A stretch of 64,000 nt of DNA, taken from contig OZ220733.1 in assembly GCA_965116875.1 (NCBI GenBank), forward strand, positions 2,144,001 to 2,208,000. Reading direction: 5' to 3'. The stretch comes from Candidatus Latescibacterota bacterium. GTDB lineage: Bacteria > Latescibacterota > UBA2968 > GCA-2709665. Positions 19,328 to 28,508 of this stretch are shown here, piece by piece (position 1 is the stretch's first letter; every line of letters starts with the position of its first letter). The notes below the pieces were generated by a model, which saw only the letters and a list, made by a program, of their open reading frames with translations, had not been told where the DNA came from and searched no databases. The position numbers and the translations under genes are program-made.

Positions 19328-20110
19328 ATGTTAACCGATGCGCAAACCTCCGAGTTTCACAAACGTGGGTTCCTCAACGGGGGCCTCCTGCTGGACGATG
19401 GGCAGGTCGAGACGCTGCGGCGTGAACTGGACCGGGTGATCAGGGACCGGGAGCGGACGGACGTTCCGCAGCCCGTTCACCTGCGGAACCTGAACCGGAA
19501 CCCGGAATCGCCCGTTTGGCAGATTGTCAATATCTGGGCAGCCAGCGACCCGTTTCGTGAACTCACAGGCATGCGAAGGGTCGTGGAGGCGGTGGCGCAA
19601 CTGACGGGAGCGGAACGGCTTCGCGTGTGGCACGATCAGATCCAATATAAGCCCGCGGAACGTGGCGGCGTCACCATGTGGCACCAGGATGCGCCGTTGT
19701 GGCCGATTCTTGCGCCGATGACGGAGGTGAGCGCGTGGGTGGCGCTGGACGACGTGGACGAGTCGAACGGATGTATGAGTATGGTCCCGGGGTCGCATCT
19801 GTGGGGGAACCAGATCGAATTCATACGGTCGGTCGAAAACTATGACGACATGCCCGGGGAGTGGAACGGAAACCGCGTGGAAATCGTCCGGTGCCCCGTG
19901 GAAAAAGGCGAGGTACACTACCACCACGCGCTGACCTGGCACGGATCGCACGCCAACACGAGCAACCGCCCCCGCCGCGCCATCGCCATCCACTATATGA
20001 CCCACGAGACGCGCTTCGTGGCCTCCGGACAGCACGTGATGAAACCCTTCGTCGAGGTCGAAGACGGGGCGTTGGTGGAAGGTGAACACTTCCCGCAGGT
20101 CTGGCCGTAG
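19328..20110 (+). CDS. Phytanoyl-CoA dioxygenase (PhyH) family Fe/2OG enzyme
   Basis: WHQD, NGCMSMVPGSH and WHGSHANTSNRPRR motifs. Confidence 0.9.
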   Translation: MLTDAQTSEFHKRGFLNGGLLLDDGQVETLRRELDRVIRDRERTDVPQPVHLRNLNRNPESPVWQIVNIWAASDPFRELTGMRRVVEAVAQLTGAERLRVWHDQIQYKPAERGGVTMWHQDAPLWPILAPMTEVSAWVALDDVDESNGCMSMVPGSHLWGNQIEFIRSVENYDDMPGEWNGNRVEIVRCPVEKGEVHYHHALTWHGSHANTSNRPRRAIAIHYMTHETRFVASGQHVMKPFVEVEDGALVEGEHFPQVWP

Positions 20111-20260
20111 ACAGGAAGCCTGTCACGGTTCCCGCGTTGCCCGCGTTTTGCCGTAGCGCGAAATGGCATTTCGCGCCGCCAGCCCGCAGCCGCACTATTG
20201 GCGAAACGCGTTTTGATAGGACAGTTTTCACGGATTCGTTAGATTAGACGGAGCAATAGA

Positions 20261-20298
20261 AAAAGCCCAACGGTTGCGCGACGCCGTTGGGCTTCTTT
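20261..20298. terminator. Intrinsic terminator hairpin between convergent genes
   Basis: AAAAGCCCAACGG...CCGTTGGGCTTCTTT stem-loop. Confidence 0.7.
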
Positions 20299-20383
20299 GT
20301 GTCTCTTGATTGCTTTATCGGTTTTGCCACGATACAGGGCGAATCCCATTCCCCTGACTGGCTATTGCCGACGCGGAGTCTGA

Positions 20384-20773
20384 TCAGCCGTTCTGTCCCG
20401 GCCGAAAGGTTTTCAGGTCGAGTTCGTTGATTGCGCGGTAGTGTTTTCTGTTGGCCGTGCAGAGTGTCGTATGATGTTCGACGGCGGTGGCTGCGATCAG
20501 GGCATCCGCCAGGGAAAGCGCGGTCTTGAGGGAATATTCTTCCATATACACGGTTGCTCTGTGTCCGATGTTTTCCGTGAGGGGCAGAGTCTGAAAGGCG
20601 TAATCATTCAGGAAGTACTTGATTTCCCTCAATTCCTGCCTGTTCCGCGCACCCTGGACCAATTCCGCGTACGTTACAAGCGATATCTTGCGTTCATCGT
20701 GCCCTTCTACAAGTTGCGCTGCCCCTTCATGGCCCCTGAAGACCCAGATCAGTACATCCGTATCAAAGATCAT
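20384..20773 (-). CDS. vapC: VapC-family PIN toxin
   Basis: MIFDTDVLI, EL and DALIAATA...TANRKHY PIN motifs. Confidence 0.9.
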   Translation of the reverse strand: MIFDTDVLIWVFRGHEGAAQLVEGHDERKISLVTYAELVQGARNRQELREIKYFLNDYAFQTLPLTENIGHRATVYMEEYSLKTALSLADALIAATAVEHHTTLCTANRKHYRAINELDLKTFRPGQNG

Positions 20774-21008
20774 CCAGCCGGCCTTTTCTCAGATTACGAA
20801 CGGTTGCGTCAACGTCCGCCATATCTTTCCTGTCTCGCCACATCCCAAAGGCTGAATGATCCTCTACTGGCTTTTTCGTGCGCTTCAGGCTGGGCAAGAG
20901 GATCGCCTTCTCCTTGCCTCGATAGTAGATGGTGACGGACTCGCTGCGATCGAGCGCGAGCAAGACGTCTTTCATGCGTCGTCTCAAGTCGAGAATGGTT
21001 GCCTTCAT
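20763..21008 (-). CDS. Phd/YefM-type antitoxin (VapB partner)
   Basis: 81 aa, overlaps the vapC start. MKATILDLRR...VTIYYRGKEKA and AFGMWRDR motifs. Confidence 0.8.
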   Translation of the reverse strand: MKATILDLRRRMKDVLLALDRSESVTIYYRGKEKAILLPSLKRTKKPVEDHSAFGMWRDRKDMADVDATVRNLRKGRLDDL

Positions 21009-21023
21009 AATGCCTCCTTAAAG

Positions 21024-21061
21024 TGCACACTTAATATGTGCAATTAAGGAATGAATGTCAA
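21024..21061 (-). promoter_or_regulatory. Sigma70 promoter and palindromic operator of the vapBC operon
   Basis: Minus strand reads TTGACA-17nt-CATATT. Inverted repeat TGCACA-N7-TGTGCA at 21024-21042 overlaps the -10 box. Confidence 0.65.
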
Positions 21062-21165
21062 GCCGGAAATAAGATCGTGGAACGGCGTAGATTATGGCTG
21101 GATGGTATCGAATCCTCGAGGCTTCAATCCTGGTTGACCTGTCCATCCATGTAAGCTGATTCGGT

Positions 21166-22068
21166 TCAGACGCCGTAGTAGGCTTCGACGGGGATGCCGG
21201 GCAGGATTTCGCGCGTGGTTCGGGCGATGCGGTCGACTTCGGCGTCGCTCAGGGCGGTGACGTACCGTTCGGCGGGCTTTCTCGCGACGGTGTAGATCTG
21301 GATGTTCTTGAGCTGCCCACCCTGTTCCAGGACGTCGGACAGGACGCGGCAGAAAGCGAGGATTTCGTTATCGGGAGGCGGCTGGCCGTGAATGCGCATG
21401 AACAGGCTCTGGATCACCAGGGGCCATCTTCGCGCGGCCAGTTTCAGGTTGTCTACGATCCGTTCGAAGGAGATGCGGGTACGTTCCACGAGATGGTAAT
21501 ACTCGGCCGTGCCCGCTTCCAGCTTCGCCCAGATTTCGCCGTTGTTCCTGTGCATGACTTCAAACGCATCCAGAACCGCCGGGACGTGAAAGCGGGTGCA
21601 ATTGGTGATGGCGGTAATTTTGACCTCCGGCAGGTCGAATGCGCGTTTGACGTCCGCGGTCTTCTTGACGATTTCCCGAAACCGCGGATAGGTAGTGGGC
21701 TCGCCGTCGCCGGAGAATGCAATATCGTTGATCCGCTTCAGGTTGTCCGGAATATCCAAGAAGGCGGGGTGCTGAGAGAGTCTGCCGGAAAGCGTGTCGT
21801 CAAGCAGGGCGGTGAGTTCCTGGATGATCCGGTCTTCATCCACCTTGCGCAGCACGGGCGGAACCGTGCGGTCCACCTGGCAGTAGATGCAGTCGAAGTT
21901 GCAGATCTTGTCCGGGTTCAGATTGATGCCGACGGAGATGCCGCCGGAGCGGCGCGAGAGTACGGGATAGACGTACCTGTTATCCTCGAACAGCCTGGGG
22001 TGAGAGGTGACGGCCCGGCGCACGGCCGTCTCGCCGGATGGCTTCGACATTGTTTCATTCTCGTCCAT
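21166..22068 (-). CDS. Radical SAM protein
   Basis: CNFDCIYC (CxxxCxxC), YPVLSRRSGG and FSGDGEPT motifs. Confidence 0.9.
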   Translation of the reverse strand: MDENETMSKPSGETAVRRAVTSHPRLFEDNRYVYPVLSRRSGGISVGINLNPDKICNFDCIYCQVDRTVPPVLRKVDEDRIIQELTALLDDTLSGRLSQHPAFLDIPDNLKRINDIAFSGDGEPTTYPRFREIVKKTADVKRAFDLPEVKITAITNCTRFHVPAVLDAFEVMHRNNGEIWAKLEAGTAEYYHLVERTRISFERIVDNLKLAARRWPLVIQSLFMRIHGQPPPDNEILAFCRVLSDVLEQGGQLKNIQIYTVARKPAERYVTALSDAEVDRIARTTREILPGIPVEAYYGV

Positions 22069-22407
22069 AAGGATTGCGCATCCTCGCTCTTTTCATCAAC
22101 GGCGTTCCTGAAAGGGGCGTGCCCTTCAGAAGTACTCTAATATACCAAAAATGGCCGGCTTGCGCACATTTCAAACGGTTTTCGCCGGGATTGCCCGCGG
22201 CGCCGTTTTCCGCTTGTGTCCCGCGGCGAAAAACGATACCTTGTAGGCCGGTGGAATGGAGAGGTAAGTCGGGAGACCCGGGCGACCACAAGTGTCTGCC
22301 CTGCAACTGTAATAATAGAGCGCGGACGTCGATTTAAGGTATCATCGCCTTTGCGCCTTTTGCTGATGGCTGACGGCTGAGTGCTGACAGCTTCTTTGAG
22401 GGTTCAA

Positions 22408-22920
22408 ATGTCCACATTCATCGGCAACTTGCCGGAGCGTAAGAAGGTCTGCAAGGTTACGTTCACGAACTGGGACAAAACGGTCGAGTGCAAACCGCAC
22501 ACCAACCTGCGGCAATTGGCAATCGATCACGATATCGGGCTGTACAACGGGATCACCCGTTTCGTAAATTGCGAAGGCAATGGATTGTGCGGTACCTGCA
22601 CGGTCGAAGTCGTCCCACAGGACGGGCTTACCGTGAAGGGCGCCCGGGAGAATCTGCGCTTTCTGCTGCTGAAGGGGAATCTGCGCCTGGCCTGCCAGGT
22701 GGAGGTTACCGGAGATATACAGGTTACCAAGCACGCCGGTTTCAAGGGAAACAAGGGATACGTGCCGGGAATCGACCGGACGGAGGTGGTGCGTCTCTAT
22801 CGGGACGAAGGCAAAACCGTAACGGAAATTGCAGAGCGGATGCTGTGTTCGGAGGCCCGGGTGGTCACTCTGCTCGAACAAGGGCGCGTCGAGTTGCGAC
22901 GTCCGGGTTCGGCAGCGTAG
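22408..22920 (+). CDS. [2Fe-2S] ferredoxin fused to a C-terminal helix-turn-helix-like domain
   Basis: CEGNGLCGTC...RLACQ ferredoxin motif. The tail EVVRLYRDEGKTVTEIAERMLCSEARVVTLL is HTH-like. Confidence 0.8.
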   Translation: MSTFIGNLPERKKVCKVTFTNWDKTVECKPHTNLRQLAIDHDIGLYNGITRFVNCEGNGLCGTCTVEVVPQDGLTVKGARENLRFLLLKGNLRLACQVEVTGDIQVTKHAGFKGNKGYVPGIDRTEVVRLYRDEGKTVTEIAERMLCSEARVVTLLEQGRVELRRPGSAA

Positions 22921-22955
22921 GCAAAGTAGCGTTGAGGGGATCGGAATGTTCATGG

Positions 22956-22977
22956 GCGACGAAAAGTCGCTTTTTTT
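22956..22977 (+). terminator. Rho-independent terminator
   Basis: GCGAC-GAAAA-GTCGC followed by T7. Confidence 0.6.
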
Positions 22978-23076
22978 ATTGTCTAACTGAATCCAAAAAG
23001 CGAAATTTCACATCGATACACAGGATGGACAGGTTGAAACCCGATTGGCGTTTCATCCTTATTGAAATCAGACGTT

Positions 23077-26000
23077 ATGATCTGCCGCCCTCTCCAATCC
23101 GCCACACGCACGCTGTCCCTCGTCGTATTGACGGTCGGCCTGGCGTACTTCCCGGCAGGCGCCCAATCCCAGGCCACAACAGGTGTAATCCGGGGCTTCG
23201 TGTGCGATCAGTTCAACAATCCAATCGTAGGCGCCACTGTCATCCTCAGAGAAGCCGGTACCAACTACCGGAGAGTACTGGCGTCGTCCGAAGCCGGTTT
23301 GTTCACAGCCACCCTGCTGCCTCTCGGGTTCTACGACGTGACGATACGCGCGGAGGGATGGGCCGAAGCCCGTCAGACCGGCGTGCAGGTCCGGGTTGGA
23401 GAGACCGTTGAACTGACGATCAGGATGATCATTGAAATGGAAGAGTTCGTCGTTGTGGCCAGAAGGCCGGCCGTAGACGTCACCCGCACAGAGACGGCCA
23501 CGCGCCTGCCGGAAGAAGCTGTACAGGACCTGCCCAACAACGGCCGCAATTTTCTCAATCTCACACTCCTGACCCCCGGCGTGAGCATCGTCCAGGGTCC
23601 GGACGGAGACGAACTGACCATTGGCGGCCAACGCGGCATCCACAACAACATCTCGGTGGACGGCGCTGACTTCAACAACCCGTTTTTCGGAGAGCAGCGT
23701 GGGGGTCAGCGTCCGGCCTTCACCTTCAATCTGGACGCCGTTGCGGAAATCGTCGTCGTGCCCCAGGGCGCGAACGCGGAATTCGGACGCTCCAGCGGGG
23801 GATTCGTCAACGTCATCACCAAATCGGGCACGAACACGCTGAGCGGATCGGCGCATTTCTTCGGCAAACACGACGCACTCTCCGAAATCGCCAGGCACAA
23901 CGGCACCGAACGCAAGCCGCGTTTCAAGCAGGGGCAATTCGGCTTCACGCTCGGTGGTCCTCTGAAGCGGGACAAGGCGTTCTTCTTCGCCGCGTACGAC
24001 CAGCAGGTGTTGAGGGACACACGGCAGAGCGACGCGGAACGCATGGACCCCCGTTTGCGTGACTTTATGGACACGGGGTTCGAAGGGGTGTTGAAGGGCG
24101 ACTACGGCCCGATCGACCGGACCAACGACGCCCGCGCCTTTCTTGCCAAGGTGGATCTCCGCCTCTCGAAAGAACACACCGCCACCTTCAAATACAACTA
24201 CACGTGGTCCGTGCAGGAAAACGGCACTTTCGACGTGGACTCCTGGGCACGCAGCGCCAACGCGATTGAGAAAGACTGGTCGCACGCGTTCAACGGCAGT
24301 CTGGTTTCGCTTCTCTCTCCGAACACCATCAACGAATTCCGGTTCCAGATCTCCCGCGAGGACCGTCCGCGTCCCTACGAAGGTCCAATAAACCCCTATA
24401 CCGGGCGCCCCTTCCCCGATACCGGCATGGACTTCGAGCACGGCTATCGCTTCGGGATGCCATTCTTCATCCCGGTGGAGTACTACGACACCCGCATCCA
24501 GCTGCTCAACAATATCTCCTTTGCCAGGGGTGGCCACCTGTTCAAAGCAGGCGTCGAGTGGAACCGGGTCGAATCCGTTCAGACCTTTATCGGTTTCGCC
24601 AATGGTCGGTACATCTTTGACTCGGTGGACGGGTTTCTCAACTTCGTAGAAAAGGGCAATCGCTACCTCGAATGCTCCGACGGCAGTTTCAGCATCCAGG
24701 GCGCATGTCCCGAAGGCGCACGAATCACGGGACCGATCCTGTTCTATCTGGAGCAGGCCGGCGTGGGCGGGCTGTCCGTGGAGGAGGCGGGCACACAGCA
24801 TATTCCGCAGCACGAACTGGCGCTGTTCGTGCAGGACAGTTGGCAGGCCTCCAGCAGACTGACGGTCAACTACGGACTGCGCTGGGAGGCGCAGGTCCAG
24901 CCGGATCCGATTACCGATCCTTCCCGTGTCTTCTTCGCCGATTTCATTGGCAAGACGGTGACCAATGACGAGGGCGCCCACAGGTTCCCGTCCAACGGCA
25001 GGATTCCCTCCGACCTCGACATGGTCCAGCCGCGGATCGGTCTGGCCTTTGACGCGCACGGTGACAACCGGACGCTCCTGCGCGCCAGCGCAGGGATCTA
25101 CTACGCCCGCATACCGGGACTGAATCTGGCCAGCACCCGCTCCACGAACGGTTCGCGAGGCCAATCTCTTTTCCGGTCCAGCGAGTTGACGCCGGTCTTG
25201 GGGCCGCCTCCCACGTTCGGTGAGTTGCTGCCATCGCCCGTGGGCGGACCCTTTCAACCCAACATATACGTCTTCGATGAGCGCTTCGAAAACCCGCGGA
25301 CCATCAGCCTCAACGCCGGTATCGAACATGAGTTTCAAACGACGGAGCTTGTGGGTTCCATCGATTATACCTACGCCCGTACCGACAATCTCACGCGATT
25401 CGTCAACCGCAACGACGCAGCGTTTGGTTCGCCATGGTCAACCGGTCTGGGGCCGGAGGGAGACAACGGTATCGGCGACCTTACCGTCGTGGAGAGTACG
25501 GCGCGGTCGCGATATCACGGCATCAGTCTCGGGCTGCGGCAGATGGTGAACAAGAACCTGCAGTTCCAGGCGAACTACACGATGTCCTGGGACAGGTCCG
25601 ACGACGACAACGAACGGGACCCGTTCACGTTCCGCTATGTCGACCCCACCCGGCTGGATGGGGAATGGGGCTGGTCCGACCGCGACCAGCGCCACCGTTT
25701 CAATGCATGGGCGCTGGCCGTGCTGCCCGTCGACGTCTATATGAACAATCGCGTGAGCTATTATTCACCGCAACCGGTCTCAGCGTCCTGCGGCGGCAAC
25801 AACCGGGCGACGTCGAAGCATTCGACAAACCCGTGGGGGCCCACGTCCGACCGCATCTGCGCCAACGGCAGCATCGTACCCCGCAACACGCTGCGCAAGG
25901 AACACGGGTTCTTCTCGTGGGACGTGCGCCTCACCCGCCCCTTTGCCATGGGTCACGGCACCCTGGAGGCTATCGTGGAGATCTTCAACCTCCTCAACAC

Positions 26001-26115
26001 GGACAACTACCGCGACCCCTCCACCGCCGGCCTGCTGTTCAACTTCGACGGCACGGTCCAGTCCGGCCTCGGCGATCCCCGCGAAGTCCAGATCGGGATG
26101 CGGTACGTGTTTTAG
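23077..26115 (+). CDS. TonB-dependent receptor (Oar-like, with N-terminal carboxypeptidase-regulatory-like domain)
   Basis: LPNNGRNFLNL, AEFGRSSGGFVNVITKSGTN and FVQDSW motifs. C-terminal MRYVF. Confidence 0.93.
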   Translation: MICRPLQSATRTLSLVVLTVGLAYFPAGAQSQATTGVIRGFVCDQFNNPIVGATVILREAGTNYRRVLASSEAGLFTATLLPLGFYDVTIRAEGWAEARQTGVQVRVGETVELTIRMIIEMEEFVVVARRPAVDVTRTETATRLPEEAVQDLPNNGRNFLNLTLLTPGVSIVQGPDGDELTIGGQRGIHNNISVDGADFNNPFFGEQRGGQRPAFTFNLDAVAEIVVVPQGANAEFGRSSGGFVNVITKSGTNTLSGSAHFFGKHDALSEIARHNGTERKPRFKQGQFGFTLGGPLKRDKAFFFAAYDQQVLRDTRQSDAERMDPRLRDFMDTGFEGVLKGDYGPIDRTNDARAFLAKVDLRLSKEHTATFKYNYTWSVQENGTFDVDSWARSANAIEKDWSHAFNGSLVSLLSPNTINEFRFQISREDRPRPYEGPINPYTGRPFPDTGMDFEHGYRFGMPFFIPVEYYDTRIQLLNNISFARGGHLFKAGVEWNRVESVQTFIGFANGRYIFDSVDGFLNFVEKGNRYLECSDGSFSIQGACPEGARITGPILFYLEQAGVGGLSVEEAGTQHIPQHELALFVQDSWQASSRLTVNYGLRWEAQVQPDPITDPSRVFFADFIGKTVTNDEGAHRFPSNGRIPSDLDMVQPRIGLAFDAHGDNRTLLRASAGIYYARIPGLNLASTRSTNGSRGQSLFRSSELTPVLGPPPTFGELLPSPVGGPFQPNIYVFDERFENPRTISLNAGIEHEFQTTELVGSIDYTYARTDNLTRFVNRNDAAFGSPWSTGLGPEGDNGIGDLTVVESTARSRYHGISLGLRQMVNKNLQFQANYTMSWDRSDDDNERDPFTFRYVDPTRLDGEWGWSDRDQRHRFNAWALAVLPVDVYMNNRVSYYSPQPVSASCGGNNRATSKHSTNPWGPTSDRICANGSIVPRNTLRKEHGFFSWDVRLTRPFAMGHGTLEAIVEIFNLLNTDNYRDPSTAGLLFNFDGTVQSGLGDPREVQIGMRYVF

Positions 26116-26139
26116 TCCTGTCTATTCAGATATCCAAAC

Positions 26140-26342
26140 TTACATGGATGAACAGGATGGACAGTATTGTAAACCAGGAGCAGGATTAAGCAGGATGAGA
26201 ACCCCAGGTGCAAGATCAACACCAATCAGGATGAACAGGATGAGAAGCCGAAAGGAGGATCAGGTCCGAGCAGAATCAGGTACCAGAAAGCAGGATCAAA
26301 TTCGGCCAGGATGAACGGGATTGGAAGCCAGGAGCAGGACAA
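26140..26342. repeat. Cluster of CAGGAT(GAA/GGA) REP-like motifs
   Basis: ACATGGATGAACAGGATGGACAG followed by many CAGGAT/CAGGAG variants. The same motif occurs at 21127-21154, 23010-23033, 44041-44066, 44280-44306 and 46160-46178. Confidence 0.65.
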
Positions 26343-26599
26343 GTGCTTATTGAACAGGTCCAACTCGATGAATTCTTACTTCCCGAGACCACGCGACACC
26401 AGACTGACAATTCAGTTTCCGCATTTCTTCAGATGATGTCGTACAGGACTTCCCTGAATTTATCGAAATCAACCTGTTATACAACAAAACCACTGGTCAT
26501 CGAGGGAGAATTACCGCAGGCGCATACAATGTGAGTAGATGCCCGAATCTTTGAAAATGCACGACGTGTCGATAGCCTGATTTGGAGGGGAAGAACACC

Positions 26600-27700
26600 A
26601 TGACAACGCTGAAGAACGTGGAGATCAAGGGATTCCGGTCGATCAAGGAAATGGAATTGGAACTCAAACCGCTCAATGTCCTCATTGGCGCCAATGGTGT
26701 CGGCAAGAGCAATCTCATCGCCTTTTTCAAGCTGGTGAATGAACTGATGGGAGGACGCCTTCAGCAACATATCGGTGCGACGGGTCGGGCCGCGGGAAAT
26801 CTGCATTTTGGCTCCGGAGTGACCCCGCAGCTGGAAGCGAGAATGGTATTCGAGGTGGAGAACGGAATGGACACCTATCATATGAGACTCTTCCACGCCG
26901 CGGGCGATTCTCTCATATTCGCGGAAGAAACAGTTGCGTTCCATCAGGAAGGTTATCCGAGCCCCAAGACAGTGGAGCTGGGCGTTGGCCATCTGGAAAC
27001 GAAGATTGGAGAATTGGCGGAACGGGGGGAACCCACGGCGAGAACGCTCAGGGCATTGTTGAATCGTTGCCGCGTCTATCACTTCCACGATACATCGCCG
27101 ACTTCGAGAGTGCGCCAATACGGTTTCATCGGAGACAACCGCTGGCTCAAGCCCGACGCGGGCAACCTCGCGGCGATGCTCTACGCGCTCAAGTCCACCA
27201 GCGAAACCGATTACGTGCGCATTGTCACCACGATCCGTCAGGTGGCGCCGTTCTTCGATGACTTCGACCTGGAGCCCGCGGATACGAGAGACATCCTCCT
27301 CAACTGGCGACATCGCGAGTCCGATCTCGTCTTCGGCCCGCACCAGCTTTCGGACGGCACCTTGCGCGCCATCTGTCTGATTACGCTCTTGTCGCAGCCT
27401 GCAGAGAAACTGCCGACCCTGATTGTGGTGGACGAACCGGAACTTGGACTGGATCCCTGCGCGGTGGACGTGATCGCCTCCCTGTTTCGTTCCGTAAGCC
27501 AGCATGCCCAGGTGCTGGTGAGCACGCAGTCCAGCGCGTTCGTCGACAGCTTCGAAACGGACGATATCGTGGTCGTGCAGCGTGATCAGGAAGCGACAGC
27601 GTTTGAGAGACCCCAGGCCGAAGAGCTCGACTCGTGGGTTGAGGAATACGCGCTTGGGCAAATCTGGCAAAAGGACGGCGCCGAGGAAGAGACGGTTTGA
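26600..27700 (+). CDS. AAA_21/AbiEii-like ABC ATPase
   Basis: GANGVGKSN, LSDGTLR, DEPELGL and STQS motifs. Confidence 0.88.
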   Translation: MTTLKNVEIKGFRSIKEMELELKPLNVLIGANGVGKSNLIAFFKLVNELMGGRLQQHIGATGRAAGNLHFGSGVTPQLEARMVFEVENGMDTYHMRLFHAAGDSLIFAEETVAFHQEGYPSPKTVELGVGHLETKIGELAERGEPTARTLRALLNRCRVYHFHDTSPTSRVRQYGFIGDNRWLKPDAGNLAAMLYALKSTSETDYVRIVTTIRQVAPFFDDFDLEPADTRDILLNWRHRESDLVFGPHQLSDGTLRAICLITLLSQPAEKLPTLIVVDEPELGLDPCAVDVIASLFRSVSQHAQVLVSTQSSAFVDSFETDDIVVVQRDQEATAFERPQAEELDSWVEEYALGQIWQKDGAEEETV

Positions 27701-27765
27701 CGGTTCGACTCCTGGCGGAGCCGAACAGAGTATCACAGAAAGTGGCTGGCACTCGACTATTTTTC

Positions 27766-28182
27766 CTACGCGCCCAAACGACACGCCTCATCCATTTTCG
27801 CAAGATGGGCAGCGAAGTCGCAGTACCGGGAAACCGCACGGCCTTCCCGCGTCGTTGTGTCCGCCAGATCACGGGACAGGACACGTATGCCGTCGCGCAG
27901 CACATGGTAGTACAGAGCCGGAGGGGCCTGGTTCAGGATCAGGAGATCGATATCGTTGCTGTTGAGGCCGGCCATGATCTCCGTGATGAGTTGCGCCCGG
28001 TACCCGTATGCGCCTTCTTCAGCGATCAATTCATCGATGTATACCGCAACGTCAATATCGCTGTGGGGCTGTGCCCGGCCGAGCGCGTGAGATCCGAACA
28101 GATACGCCTCAAGAACCTCCGGCCGAGGTTCGAGTACGCTCGCGATTCGCTGTTCCAGGATCTGGCAGGGTATTATTTGCAC
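27766..28182 (-). CDS. Minimal nucleotidyltransferase (MntA-like antitoxin); start codon uncertain
   Basis: YLFGS..GR..PHSDIDVAV and IDLLILNQAPP motifs. No adjacent HepT/DUF86 gene. Confidence 0.82.
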   Translation of the reverse strand: MQIIPCQILEQRIASVLEPRPEVLEAYLFGSHALGRAQPHSDIDVAVYIDELIAEEGAYGYRAQLITEIMAGLNSNDIDLLILNQAPPALYYHVLRDGIRVLSRDLADTTTREGRAVSRYCDFAAHLAKMDEACRLGA

Positions 28183-28508
28183 GTCGATTGTCCGCGTCGT
28201 AAAGGAAAACTCTCGCCGGCAATTCACACATTTCCTGCCGGCCATATCCGAAACATATAGGAACCAGCGGCAAAGTTTAAGTGTCGTAGGCACCCAGATG
28301 TTCGAGGCGGAAGCCCTTGAGGTAGTGAATTGGGATTAAGTGGCCAGGGAGTTCGAAAGGCCCACGCCGAATAACTCGACACATGGTTGTAGAATTAGAC
28401 GAACGGGGAGACCTCGGAAGAGAACGCCGTCGGAGAAGGGCCGTATTGAACGTCCTTCCGCAATCGGTACCCATCTAGCATGTCATGAATTCACTTGGCA
28501 AGTAAGCA

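Noticed and set aside
23068-25338. Long antisense ORFs (for example 756 aa here, and 7952-9442, 11594-12976, 55855-57831)
   Set aside because: These are shadow ORFs opposite well-supported genes, as expected in high-GC DNA.
26140-26342. Possible CRISPR array (also considered for the octamer arrays)
   Set aside because: There is no constant 23-47-bp repeat with regular unique spacers, and no cas genes.
27702-27723. GGTTCGACTCCTGGCGGAGCCG resembling a tRNA 3' end or att site near the island edge
   Set aside because: The T-stem does not pair, there is no cloverleaf, no second copy and no integrase in the window. It could be revisited by comparison with the genome's tRNAs.
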